The translations under genes and the position numbers were made by a program. Under the pieces are notes generated by a model. The model was not told the DNA's origin. It was given only the letters and a program-made list of their open reading frames with translations, and did not search any database. Of a stretch of DNA of 44,180 bases, positions 1 through 10,128 are shown in pieces. This DNA comes from Atractiella rhizophila (lineage: Eukaryota). The stretch covers positions 248,001 to 292,180 of the forward strand of contig MU271184.1 in the NCBI GenBank assembly GCA_021432655.1, given 5' to 3'. How positions within the stretch are numbered: the first letter of the stretch is position 1; each line of letters begins with the position of its first letter.

Positions 1-394
1 CTCTTCGTTCCATGCTTTCAGACTATTCTATATTTCTATCTACTTATGTATTACGGGTTTTCCCGCGATGTTGTTTGATCTTTTATCCGATTCATTGGCC
101 TATAAAAGAGGCCTCACTTGTTAATATAAATTCATCTTATTCCTCATCATCTTACTTCGCACTCACAGCAGAAAGCGCAGTAAGAATCGAGGTAAGTTCC
201 ACGGGCCGTAGAAGCGCCCCTGTAAGATCCATCGTCTTTATTCTGAGACCAAATAGCTTGGTAAGCGGCCCTACACTTCATAGCAAAAGCTGGTTCCTGT
301 CTCTCCATTTCGTTCAAGCTCTCATTTATTGATTGAGCCTCTTAATTCTCGCTCTAGTCGAGCTAAAGGAACTCGCTTTTGCAGTAGAGTCTCA
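1..394 (+). mobile_element. LTR-like repeat (3' part; runs off the window start)
   Basis: Homologous to the inverted copy at 41301-41617 plus 42161-~42243. Similarity stops at ...GAGTCTCA (394), an LTR-like CA end. Contains TATAAA (125-130), donor GAG|GTAAGT (192) and acceptor TTTGCAG (384). Confidence 0.7.
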
Positions 395-838
395 CAACTG
401 CTCGTACTCCTCATGCGTCAATGACAGCGTCATAAGAGGTGAATGGAAAGGCATCTTGCTCAACAGCACGAAATCAGCAGCAATGGAGAAGAGACATCCA
501 AAGACAACGGGGCAGGAGAGATTGTGATTAGAAAGATCGTTATGATTATAAAGCTCGTTGCTATTTCTTCTGGTCACCACTTGGATCACTGAGGGACCCC
601 AAGCGGGGGGTGCGGTAGCAAGTCGGGCAAGTATTCAAGTATAAAATTAGTTAGAATATATTATTATTATTAGTTTATTCTTAATGGTGCGTGGAGCCTC
701 TCCATTTGGCGGTTGTTTTGAATGGCCATCGTTCCCACATCTTCGCGGGCGTTAATTTTGGTGTGGTTGTTCCGTCCAGCGGAGAGTACCCGAGGCGTGC
801 CCACTTTCAACAGACCCCACATTTCGCGAAGTCGTCTC

Positions 839-1072
839 TGTTGAACCTGAGGTTCATCAGAAAGACAGGAAGAGGAAAAGATGAGTATTGCATGTGAGCG
901 TGTGATAGGATGCTTACCTGAGGTTCATCAGAAAGACAGGAAGAGGAAAAGATGAACCTCAGGTAATGCGAACGAGACTAAACTACAGTAGCGGACGGAA
1001 CAGTCAGACGCGGAATGCGTAAGATGAACGGGAAACCAAAAACGAAAAGAGAAAAACAACCAAGCTTCAACA
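839..1072 (-). mobile_element. Solo LTR, 234 bp, with 5-bp TSD
   Basis: Termini TGTTGAA...TTCAACA (perfect 7-bp inverted repeat). TSD GTCTC at 834-838 and 1073-1077. Confidence 0.9.
847..917 (-). other. Putative 71-nt spliceosomal intron inside the solo LTR
   Basis: Minus strand reads CAG|GTAAGC...pyrimidine tract...CTGAT...CTCAG|GT. Its last 38 nt (847-884) duplicate the upstream 918-955. A perfect 16-bp hairpin (914-929/951-966) covers the donor. Confidence 0.65.
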
Positions 1073-1209
1073 GTCTCCATGCCTTCCCGCTTCCTAAAAC
1101 GAATGTGGTAGCAAGACAGCGAATCTTGATTATTCTTAGGGGAACGAAGAGGACTCCGTCCAGCTCCATTCTTTGTTCTGGAATTCCGCTCTTCCTATTT
1201 GGTCAAGGT

Positions 1210-2112
1210 ACCCGCCCCTCCAGTCTCTTCCGGCAAACACCACCGCTCCTTAGCACGACACTTATCATCCGAACAGACCTTCGAAATGCTAAAGGAAATG
1301 CCACGAGCACAGGCATCGATCTTCGTCCAACTGCGATCTGGTCACATCCCTAACAACAACTACCTGCATCGAATAGGGATTGCGGAAGAACCGAACTGCG
1401 ACTCCTGCGGCATGAGGGATATGGTCACCCACCTCTTTTTTGAATGTGAGGAGCATGAGGAAGAAAGAAGAAAACTTAGAAGGAGACTCGCGAAAAAGGA
1501 TGTTCGTTTCAGATCCCTGGGCGACCTGCTGAGCGAACCGGAGGCGACGCAGGCGGTATGGGAATTTATTAGACGGAGCGGGAAATTCAAGTTATGGATC
1601 ACAAGGGCGCAGAGGGTTTTGGATAGAAGAAAGGCAAAAAGGAAACAAACGGCGGAGGCAAGAGGAGAAAAGGATGACAGCAGGGAGGATTGGGAAGATT
1701 AAAGACAACAAGTTACGTCCAGATTTTTCACTTCCGAACTGAGGCACCTTTTGCAGGAACCCAACGTACGACGGAGGTCGGAACTCATTTCACCTACACA
1801 CGGGTCCCCAAGGAGGAACACAATCTGCCATTCAGCATCTTCTAAGCATAATTTACCTCACACAAATAGCCATCGCGATTCAGTAACCCCCCACTCGGTC
1901 TTACTTCCACCAGTACCATAACATTATAAGGGGATTGTTGGGGGCCTTTTTCTTTACACATTACATGCATACTTCGCTTAGTTAACCCATTCATGGCCAA
2001 TTTCACCTCGTAAACCGTGTTTCTTTTCAATAATGTGATATCCCCCAGAATGTAGAGCTACGTTGACTATAGTCTGACAGCTCTGAAATATGATCACAAC
2101 AACAACAACAAA
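1210..2112 (+). mobile_element. 5'-truncated non-LTR retrotransposon (Tad1-like LINE)
   Basis: ORF 1199-1702 carries the LINE ORF2 C-terminal motif LRSGH..YLHRIG..CDSC..HLFFEC. (CAA)n tail at ~2098-2112. TSD TTTGGTCAAGGT at 1198-1209 and 2115-2126. Confidence 0.9.
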
Positions 2113-4839
2113 TCTTTGGTCAAGGTTAAGGTCGGAAACATCGACCTCCATAACTTTATCTTGTCAGGTAAGTATTATTTCCTAGAGAACAGGTAGTAAT
2201 GGAAAATGTGGCAAGTTGGGGGGCATTGAATTGGAACTTTTACTGAGGGATTAGAGCTCTGGCAGTATTTCTCGCTTGGTGGTCAATAGGTGGGCCGTTC
2301 GATCACAGCATTCTTGTCAGGCCCAGTTTGACAATAATCTAGATTCGGGCTACTAAAGGAATTCTAAAGCTGCTACACCAGTTGCGCCGTGAATCAGAAA
2401 TATAAAGGCTCTTCGATGTAAACATTGCTTTTCCTCGTCACAGCTGCCTGCAACAAAGAAGACGACATGTCACCTCCTGCCCCCACAGCTCCAGAACAAC
2501 CAGACCTCGCCCTCCAAAGTGCAGCCATCGAGGACATCCTCTTTACTAAACGTACCTACCTAACCGGTTTGCGCTTTCTACCTTTTGCACATGAACGACA
2601 TTCAACTGGAGGATGGCAGCTTGCTATGCATTCTACGGTTGGGATTTCATAGTTACTTTTCCTCAAGATTACAAGACAATGTGGAAAGCACAACGTTGGA
2701 CGCCAGTCCGAGCTGCCTTCTTCTTCAACCGGTAACTCTCTCCTCTCAACACTCACTGCGTACGTGGGAAGCTTATATGAGAATTATCAAGTTACTGGGG
2801 TATCTTGGACTGCATATTGGTCATGTGCCTTGCCTGGCTCAAAGTTGACCCGAAGACTTGTGACAAAATTTACCTTATCAAACCAGTTAGTGGTATTGCT
2901 GTCTTTTGTGTGTCCCCATTCGTGTCTCAAGAGAATCCCTGACGCATTGTAACCGCAGCGAGTTCCGAGTTCCTGCTTGCCGCAAGGGTATGGGCAATAT
3001 GGGCCCGTCGACGATGCTTGGTTCTTTGGTATATTTGCAGCAACCGGTTCCGCACTTAAGCTCTCTGAGTCGAGACTGTCACAGAAACCCTGCAGAATCC
3101 GATCTTAATAGAAAGCGGTTAACTTGGATGTCACCAGAAATTTCGGAGCCTTGTGACCTTGTCGACAATCGGCTCAGGTGTGTTCGCAAGTTAGACGGTT
3201 TTCAAACAGGCTGACAGTATAGAACTTATAGAACGCTAGTATATCTGCATGAACAACTGCTGGTGTGTCTTTGTCCTAAATATCGGATGTTAGAAAGACT
3301 TCGTTTGTGAATGCCTCCTTGGAGTATGACATTGTGCTTCATGGGATAAAACCCTGTACCCCGTACCCCTATACCGTTTGGTTACCCCCGGGGGCTAGAT
3401 CGATTTATTTCCGCACTCTTTCCCTCATCCGACTGGTTCATGGTTCAGAACCAGGCGCTCCATATTTTGTTTCTTCACCTTGCTGGATCCGACAGGTCTT
3501 ACAGAGTGTTTGGGGATGGCAAGGTGCTTTTACACCTCATTTACCTCATTTTGAACGTTAGCTACGCATGAGATCTGATTCTTGACAGCTCTTAGCATCC
3601 GATGGGCTCATCAAGTCTCCGCGATGGAGGAAGGAAGGAGAGAAGCCGAGGTTACTCCGGGTTGACTATTGGAGCAAACTGCCGAAAGGTGCGATCCTTG
3701 GTTTTGGTTTTGGTTAGGGTTATTGTCATTGGAAGAGGTGTCGTAGCGTAGTCACCGGAAGTCACGTTGTTGTCTGTGCTCATGTTCTCCCTGTGAGTGT
3801 TGAGTGTTATTGCTATTGCATGGCACGCTTGCGTCGCGCCGTTGGCGTCGTTTCCTCCTTAAGAAGGGAACTTGTCATAAACGTTATCTGTACGCAAAAA
3901 CAGTCCAACGAACCCTGGGTGTGTTGTCTATATTTTGCTACACCCTTCTCAATTTCGATGCTATGTTTTCAAAATCCAGCGCAAATGGTCAGGCAATACC
4001 GTGACTCACATTAGAGTGAATGACCCATGAACGACGTTGGCTGAGATTTGCACAGGCTTGCCGCGCTGTAGTTAGAATGAAGCCGGTGTTGAAATCCCAG
4101 CTGTTCTACACGGAGACGTTGCTGAATAGCGGTTGTCCAGCTTCCGAGCGGTCGCCTTCGTTGTCCGATGCCGGCGCCAGACGCCACTCAGGCAACATGG
4201 CTTCAGTTTAGAGCTGCGGTTTGCGGTCGTAGTCGCTTTGTATGGGCTCTCGATACTCATTCAGGAGCCGTTTAACCCTTATAGCTCTCTAAGGCACTCC
4301 AAAGTCTCTCCGCAGTTCTGTCCAACGTACCATATTCTGATGCTCAGGCTTTCCTAGAGCGTTCCAATTCACTTGGCAGGAATGTGAAACAAGCGGCCGA
4401 CAAGGAGGCACCGAGATCCTCGAACGGAACCGCAAAGTCGGGACTAAGTGGACTTCTAGCAGAAACAGTCCAAAAATAATCCTGCAGAGGCAAGAAGCCT
4501 ACGTCTCAAATGACATCATATCATTCCTTATCACGCCGAATATGAACGATGACAGTCTAGCCTGTTTGAATTCAGCGGAAGGACCCCTCAGACGGGGAGG
4601 GCTGTTTCACACCGATTTACTGGTTCGTCTCATTAGACGCCAGCAGGTCTAGCCTTCAATCATCCTGCACATTTTGTGGATCCCATTGGAACCGTGTTGT
4701 TGTCACCTTCAACTCCAATTGGCGAACCTTTGGCCCTGGGTACAAGTTCACTGTCGATCAAATACTCGCATGAGTCGCATATACCTAACCAACCACTCCT
4801 TATCCCTTATCCTTTCACTGCCTCATGTTTTTCATTGCC

Positions 4840-6478
4840 ATGATGAAGACGTATGCAACCTTTCTTGGATTTGCTCTCCCATTCGTAGCACAAGCCGCCT
4901 TGAGTGATGCTGGTACGTTGTTGTCCTTCGAATGTGGCAATCCGCCAATGAATAATAATGCACAGATGTTGCTTCCGTCTTCCCCGATTCACGAAACAAC
5001 CTCTCGACGTTGACCAGCGCAGCTGTTCGATTTCGGCAGTACGCTGCTTCGTTTGTCGCAAACTCATCGCACATTCTAAGTAGTTCTTCCAAATTGTTCT
5101 TGATATCGGGACCTGAACTAAGGACAGTCACCCTGAATAAAACTGATGCTACTTGGGACCTTGTTGGATGGATGGGCCATGGCATCGGTTCGCTCCGGAC
5201 TATTCTCACGGGAGCCCACTTCTGATGTGGAGACAGGAACTGGAATGAGCAATGGGATTTGTTTGCCATTTGGCCAAACGCCGACTACACCTGGACGATT
5301 TCACATCACGAACCAGCCCAACATGTCCTTCCGTCCCCAATCACTCCTTCCGCTGGTTTGTACAGTGTTATCCATGCGCTCTCAACCAATTCAACTTCTG
5401 GGACTCCTTGGACCGCCGTTTCCTTCATTCGCCCCCCTCTCTTTCGCAAATGTTGCGAGCTACGGTACCACTTCCAGCCAGGGCACGATTGAGAGAGCGA
5501 CCGGCCAGGTTCTGCTCTACTCTTATGGTTCACAAAATCCGGGGTAAATGGTGATCTCCAAGAACACTCCGATCAAGGGACTGCATCAGTAGAATTGTCG
5601 AAATCCTATATTCCTGCATCTACGGGAAATGACAGTGGAGGAGGTTCTGACGGATCCGGAGGCTCTGGCATTGGCCGGAGTAATCAACCTCAAGAAGCCA
5701 CCTCCGCTGGCTGGACTCGCCACAGCAAGCTAATAGCTGCTCACGGTCCGTTGCTTCTGTCCATCCATTGACTTCTCTCGGGCTCACCCATGAGACAGCT
5801 GCTTTCGGAGGCGTGGCTTTCATGATCATTTCTCCAGCAGCCATTTTGTTCGGACGGTACTTCCGGTCTCAGAAGTGGTTGCCCGCCCATCGAGCTCTCC
5901 AGATCGTCACGGTGTCTTTTATGCTCATTGCTTTCGCGTTGGCTGGAACAGCTACAGGTAATAACCCGAAGCATACGCATCACGTGAGTCTCCTGTAATA
6001 TTTAATGATATGATTGATTTGAACTGAGGCTCTGAGCAGAAAATCGGTTATGCCATGTTCGTGATCACGTTGTTGCAAGGCATGGTTGGTCTGATTGCCC
6101 ATCACATCAAATCCCCACCTAGGTCAAATCGCAGTCCTCTTCGTTGACGCATGTAATCGTTGGTATCGGTTTGGGTTATTCTCAAGTGCGAACCGGGATG
6201 CAGGAATGGGAGGATGAGGCATCATCAGGCATGTCTTCTCCGGACGGTGTGAGAATCGTCTACTACACCCTTTGGATGTGGAGGTTGCTGCTTATCTCAT
6301 CGGCATCTTCCTCTCTCCCACCCCGTACTTTCCTTGGAAGAGCGCTGAAGACTGTGCAGCAGAAGCAAGAGATGGAGAACAAAGCCTGAGAATTCTCCTT
6401 TCCTTTTTGCAGCCGTTTAAGCATTTTTTTTTGTGGAAACGGGTGTTAGTGCTGGTGTATAGTAATGTTTTGAGCTAA
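4840..6478 (+). pseudogene. Signal peptide + DOMON (CBD9-like) + cytochrome b561 membrane protein; multi-exon, frameshifted
   Basis: Signal peptide MKTYATFLGFALPFVAQA. DOMON-like GWMGHGIG/TGMSN..DLFAIWPNAD..WTISHH. b561-like helices with His: LIAAH, WLPAHRALQ, HTHHKIG, LTHVIVG. Several GT-AG introns. Frameshifts near 5255, 5435, 5543, 6143 and 6272. Confidence 0.75.
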
Positions 6479-7129
6479 ATCAAAATACACATTTCGCCAG
6501 CAGGCACATGTCATAGGGGGTCACTGTCAACAAAGGCTTGTGGCTTAGAGTAACTTATGAGCCCGGAAAGCTGTTAGCTAATTCATGTAGATCGGAGAGT
6601 AGTCGAACGATCTGTTGGATCGAAAGTGTCAAGGAAGAGGGGAGCATTGTAAGCTTGGGAGACGGCAGGAAAGGTAGACCATTCACGGCACAGGCAAGTC
6701 ATCCGTCTCTTTCAGAAGGCCATAATCTCAACAGCAAGCATATAGATGACAAGAGTGATCATCATGCCGTCCCTCTGAAGCCCTGATTTTACCTCTTATT
6801 TAGCACCACAATCATCCACTCAGATATCGATACTCCTTCTCAAGCCGAAAGACTAGGGTTTGTGCTCATCAGTGCAGATGTGATATCTGGTCAGGTTTCA
6901 GAAAAGGGGGGAGTGTTGTGTGTGAACCCCAGACGATGACACTCAAATAGGTGTTTGTTCCTAGATTCTTGATGTATGACATTTCCTCATAACCCATGAC
7001 AGCCCTACTAATCACAGCCAACTGACACAGCACCAACCGATATGTTCGCTGGCACTCTATCCTTTTCTGTCGCTAATGGTGGCTACTCAGTCTACATTCT
7101 GCTTGTCAGAACCACGCTTTATTAGGGTA

Positions 7130-7391
7130 GACAAGTGTGTCAGAGGCCTTCGTCCCTCAGGCCCCCCAACCCACTCGCAAGGGGCATGGCCCCTTGAACC
7201 CTACTGTGACTCTTGTGAGGGTTCGAGTCCAGTATGCAACACATTTTTCTACCCCTTTCAGAATAAAATTTCCTCGCGCATTCAGAAAGGCGCAAGCATG
7301 TTCAGTAAGATGGTGTAATTCATTTCGTTTCAATGTGCCTGCTGAAGGTGGTATGAACGCTCAAAAGTGCGTTTTATGACTCATGCCAAGA
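7130..7391 (+). repeat. Partial copy of the 5' half of the solo LTR at 41618-42155
   Basis: GACAAGTGTGTC...CTCATGCCAAGA aligns with the reverse complement of ~41895-42154. Confidence 0.85.
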
Positions 7392-7824
7392 ACGGATGGC
7401 TTTTAGAGGTAAGGATAAGGATAAGGATGCGCCTACACCAAGAGACAATTTATCTTTTGAGGAGCAAACAGGGATAAGGGTCGCACCAAATGGTTGTGTA
7501 AGGACTGTTCTCATGGATAGGGAGATGAATGGTGAGTCTTAGAGCCATAGGTTACCGCAAGGAATGATGAACCATTGCGACAGACGGTAATCGATTCGTT
7601 CGTAAAAAATTGGAGTCGAGAGGAAATAATTCACATAATCGATGATGAAACATGTTTTTACCCTACGCCTCATGTAGTCAATACTTATTTCGAATGATCT
7701 CTGCGCTACACACCTGCAGGACCCCTTGCCGGCGGCGACCCTCTATCAATTGTATGTGGCAGAACACCAGCTATTGAACAGCAGCAATGCGTTTCACCAT
7801 ATACTCGCCATATACATCACCTCC

Positions 7825-8078
7825 TGACAAAATCGTGCGCCTCCTCCTTTCGCCACTTGCGCACTTGCGCGTTTCCACTTTCGTCGAGCGTGTTCTGGAA
7901 CTGTGGCAACTTCTCTTTCGCCACAGGGACCTTAGCTATAAAACCCTTTCACCTGCAAGTGCGAGACTCACACTTATTTGTTATCTCGCACTTCGCAGGT
8001 AATGTAGTTCCCTTACATACTAAATGCAACACACACTTATTTGTTATCTCGCACTTCGCAGCGCTTGCAAATTTGTCA
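7825..8078 (+). mobile_element. Solo LTR, 254 bp, with 5-bp TSD
   Basis: Termini TGACAAA...TTTGTCA (7-bp inverted repeat). TSD CCTCC at 7820-7824 and 8079-8083. TATAAAA at 7937-7943. Confidence 0.9.
7999..8061 (+). other. Putative 63-nt spliceosomal intron inside the solo LTR
   Basis: CAG|GTAATG...TACTAAA...CGCAG. The last 30 nt (8032-8061) are identical to the upstream 7969-7998. Antisense arm 7951-7966 pairs with 7984-8000. Confidence 0.6.
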
Positions 8079-8194
8079 CCTCCTTCCGTGTAAAGCACCT
8101 TTGCCTCTTCAAACACCTTCAGAGCATTCTCATTCTGCCCACATCGAAAATCAATCTTCCCAATGTCCGTGGACACAATTGGCTCCCTGTGAAC

Positions 8195-8375
8195 AGTCCA
8201 GGCCAGTTTTTTTTGAACACTGGTTTTAGTGCCGGTAATTTACCTGGGTAAGGCTGGTAAAAATGAACCAATACCGGGCGAGAAAGCGGGAACGTCGAGC
8301 CTGGTTTTTTACTGGTGAGTAAACAGGTTTTTTTAGCTGTTTTTTACTGGGGAAGCCAGTATTCAATGATTCGCA
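8195..8375. repeat. Cluster of short CTGGT(T/A)n / CCAGT motifs; possible DNA-transposon subterminal region
   Basis: Repeated ctggtttt/ctggtaaaa/ccagtttt motifs in both orientations, abutting the truncated TPR fragment. Confidence 0.3.
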
Positions 8376-8630
8376 TTTCTGCAGGCAAAACCACTGCGAC
8401 GACACCCCGAGTTCAATCAGGATCAAGTAGTACACGCAGCTCGGTGAGTAGTTGTTCCTTGGAGCAGAAATGCCAGGCTGAACTAACTGCTGCATGCTGA
8501 TCTCGCGAGCCAGGTGGACGAGCTGATACGAATCGCTAGCCGTTCCCAATGTTTGTCGCGATTTCTCTACTTATCAGGCCTCAAAACATGCTGAATAGAG
8601 AATTTTACAGGTCTAAGAAGCGCTTTCCGC

Positions 8631-9815
8631 CTTCTCGCTCTCGAAAAACAAACCAGTTCGGTGTCTGACCAGCCTTCGACGACACGAATGCTTTTGGTAA
8701 TCGTGAAGTTGTTGAGTGAAAGGAGAGACTGGAATGAACTGAAGGAGCAGGTTCAGGCGTTGAGTAAGAAGCATGGACAACTTAGGGAGAGCACAAAGAA
8801 GATGGTTGGAGCGGTGATGGAGGTTTGGGAGGCGGGAAAGGCAGAGGAGGATGAGAGAGAGGGACTGACGGTCTGTCTGAGGGATGTTACGGAAGGAAAG
8901 GTTCGCTTTTCCCTATTCTTCTTATACTTACATTACGCACTGAGGAGCTGATTTCGGATTGATATGATAACAGATCTTCCTAGAACTTGAACGAGCTCGT
9001 CTCACTCGCCGACTCTCTGCGATGCTCGAACCAAAGGGAGAGGTGGCAGATGCGTAACGGATCATCCAAGAAAACGCAATTGAGACTTTCGGCGCCTTTG
9101 GCAGGAGAGAGAAGACGGCCTTCATCTTGGGGCAGATTTAGATTCTTGAAGCTCCGTTGCTAACAGGCTTCTCCGAAACCGCGACACCCCAAGGCATCTC
9201 CATCGACTTCCAATGAGCCATCGCGTAGCCATGACCAGGAGAAGCGACGAGTACTTAGGAGAACTATACAAGTTGATTGGAGAAGAAGGATTGACGCTGG
9301 TTGCCTGCATGATAAATACGATCCACTATCCCGGTGTGTCCTCTCTTGCTCAAGTTTAACCGGCCGGTTCCATCCTAAACTACGTGGGGGGCAGCGCTGC
9401 ACTTTCTCATTTCACAAATCTCTTCCAACGCCTCGATACCTTAACACTGCACCTATCCATCATCCACCCGTCTCCCCGTTCGCTTCCTCTTCCACCTCTT
9501 TCTCCACAAAGAGCTTCGTTCGAATGGTTCAACCTACCGAGAAGATTGTCTGTGCACTGGCCATGCTGTTCTCCACCTCAACTTTGTCGTTCTTGAATCT
9601 CGATTCGACTTTGATAGACTCTGAAGCTTAGCCGCTAGGTCAGATGGAAACAGCACAGGGAGCAGGATGATTGTTGGAGTATTGTGATAAGTCAGTATCC
9701 CTTCTTTTAAGCCTTATCTCACAATGAGCATGACCTCTTCGAATTCTAGCCGGATAACCTCACGCAGCGACGGACTGGGGGGAAACGGAGCGAGCTTGCT
9801 AAGGAGATAAGACAA
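8631..9815 (+). pseudogene. RPN5: 26S proteasome lid subunit Rpn5/PSMD12 relic
   Basis: LLALEKQT..SD..STTR..LSKKHGQL..LRDVTEGK, intron 8901-8973, then IFLELERARLTR..ETFG..RREKTAFIL. Premature TAA at 9055. Only scattered degenerate C-terminal traces (RIT..ETE..DKT) to ~9815, so the end is uncertain. Confidence 0.85.
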
Positions 9816-10128
9816 GTGAGTGTGGCCACAGTCAAAAGCGCTCAATTGCTGAGGGTTATTCAGTTCCTTGAATTGCATCCGCCCCTCGTCCACCGTCGCT
9901 CACTCCCATGCCACATGCACACTAGCCGCCTAGTCTTTTCCATCGTAATCAGTCCTCTCCCACTCCGAGACGCAGTCCATTCAGCCCATGCCGGACAACA
10001 AACCTCTTCCTTGATCTTGGATGGAAATTGGCGAGCAGACGGCATATATATACAAAAAGAAGTGATTGTCAATCTCTTTATTGCTTTGACACAATAAAAA
10101 CAATAAACCCGGTACCCATGTAAGTAGC

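Larger units (their letters stand above)
7770..8176 (-). pseudogene. TPR-like protein fragment interrupted by a solo LTR
   Basis: DIGKIDFRCGQNENALKVFEEAKVLYTEGG resembles a TPR helix pair. Removing the LTR and one TSD copy continues the frame as DVYGEYMVKRIAAVQ*. Confidence 0.4.

Noticed and set aside
845..966. Repeat-spacer-repeat resembling a mini CRISPR (also 7969-8061)
   Set aside because: Only two units, eukaryotic context, no cas genes, and both lie within TSD-flanked solo LTRs.
3698..3722. Telomere-like TTTTGG/TTAGGG run (also TAACCC x2 near 36368)
   Set aside because: Too short and irregular to support an interstitial telomere.
2400..4600. Short ORFs and possible exon remnants
   Set aside because: No recognisable domain or consistent gene model.
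7185..7240. tRNA/SINE suggested by GGTTCGAGTCC (B-box/T-loop-like; also rc at ~42056-42066)
   Set aside because: No cloverleaf or A-box; the motif is one arm of a hairpin within an LTR module.
7999..8061. Introner-like independent insertion into the TPR gene
   Set aside because: The intron is antisense to the TPR ORF and internal to an LTR bounded by its own TSD.
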